Part shown: positions 63,660 to 64,000 of the stretch, piece after piece
Layout of the letters: the number at the start of each line of letters is the position of its first letter
Position numbering within the stretch: the first letter of the stretch is position 1
Assembly (NCBI GenBank): GCA_036172245.1
Contig: JAYWIR010000004.1
Location: 1,302,001-1,366,000, forward strand
Length of the DNA stretch: 64,000 bases
Direction of reading: 5' to 3'
Source of the DNA: Raillietiella orientalis
Lineage: Eukaryota
The notes under the pieces: generated by a model
Database searches by the model: none
What the model was told of the DNA's origin: nothing
What the model saw: the letters and a program-made list of their open reading frames with translations, nothing else
Position numbers and translations under genes: made by a program

Positions 63660-64000
63660 GTCGCTCCCGAAGGGAGCAGCGCACTTCTCCACACTCTGGA
63701 GAGGTGTCGATCCCGATGGAAAGAGAAATTCACGGAAAGAGATGGAGATCTTTCCTTTCCAAAGGGGACATCCCCATTTGCACAGGCGGAGGAACATTCC
63801 GAGGGGAACCGACTCCTCGATTCCCGGAAGGACCCCGGAGGGTCCACTTCCTATCTCGGCTACTAATCGGGGCATCCGGCTTCGCCCAGTGCCGCACCCG
63901 AAGTCTACAGGCCAGTCGCATCATTCTGCAGGGAGGGGGTCTCGAAACCCAAGATGCAGCCTCCACATCTCCACTTCATCTATCTCCCACGCGGGGATTC
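63660..64000 (-). mobile_element. SINE-like element, runs off the window end at the B-box
   Basis: GCACTTCT.CACACTCTGGAGAGG, CCATTTGCACAG and CTCGAAACCCA.GATGCA...CCACG.GGGGATTC match 52630-52920. Confidence 0.65.

Noticed and set aside
1..64000. Prokaryotic operon, CRISPR array, rRNA or phage system
   Set aside because: No regularly spaced repeat-spacer array, no long intact single-exon ORFs and no rRNA signatures; spliceosomal introns and LINEs indicate a eukaryote.

Overview
Eukaryotic (animal, probably invertebrate) genomic DNA, not prokaryotic. Most of the six-frame ORF track is noise from decayed repeats. One intact host gene can be fully reconstructed: an 8-exon LRRC71-like leucine-rich-repeat gene (+, 13229-16471, 435 aa) with mostly 46-52 bp GT-AG introns. 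Most of the rest is a graveyard of fragmented retroelements: many L1/Tx1-type LINE pieces (APE endonuclease, RT, thumb, C-terminal CCHC finger, 3' UTR), one I/Nimb-type LINE with RNase H, two Utopia/NeSL-like RLE-endonuclease LINE ends, Gypsy LTR remnants, about seven pieces of a long tRNA-derived SINE-like family and an AT-rich foldback/MITE-like insert. The most unusual signal is about six dispersed, decayed, apparently intronless copies of what looks like a NERD-type nuclease plus SF1/Schlafen-like helicase gene, one of them inside the LRRC71 intron, with a Death-domain remnant nearby. This call rests on eroded motifs read by eye and needs HMM confirmation. Repeat boundaries are approximate (tens of bp); LRRC71 exon coordinates were checked for frame and phase.
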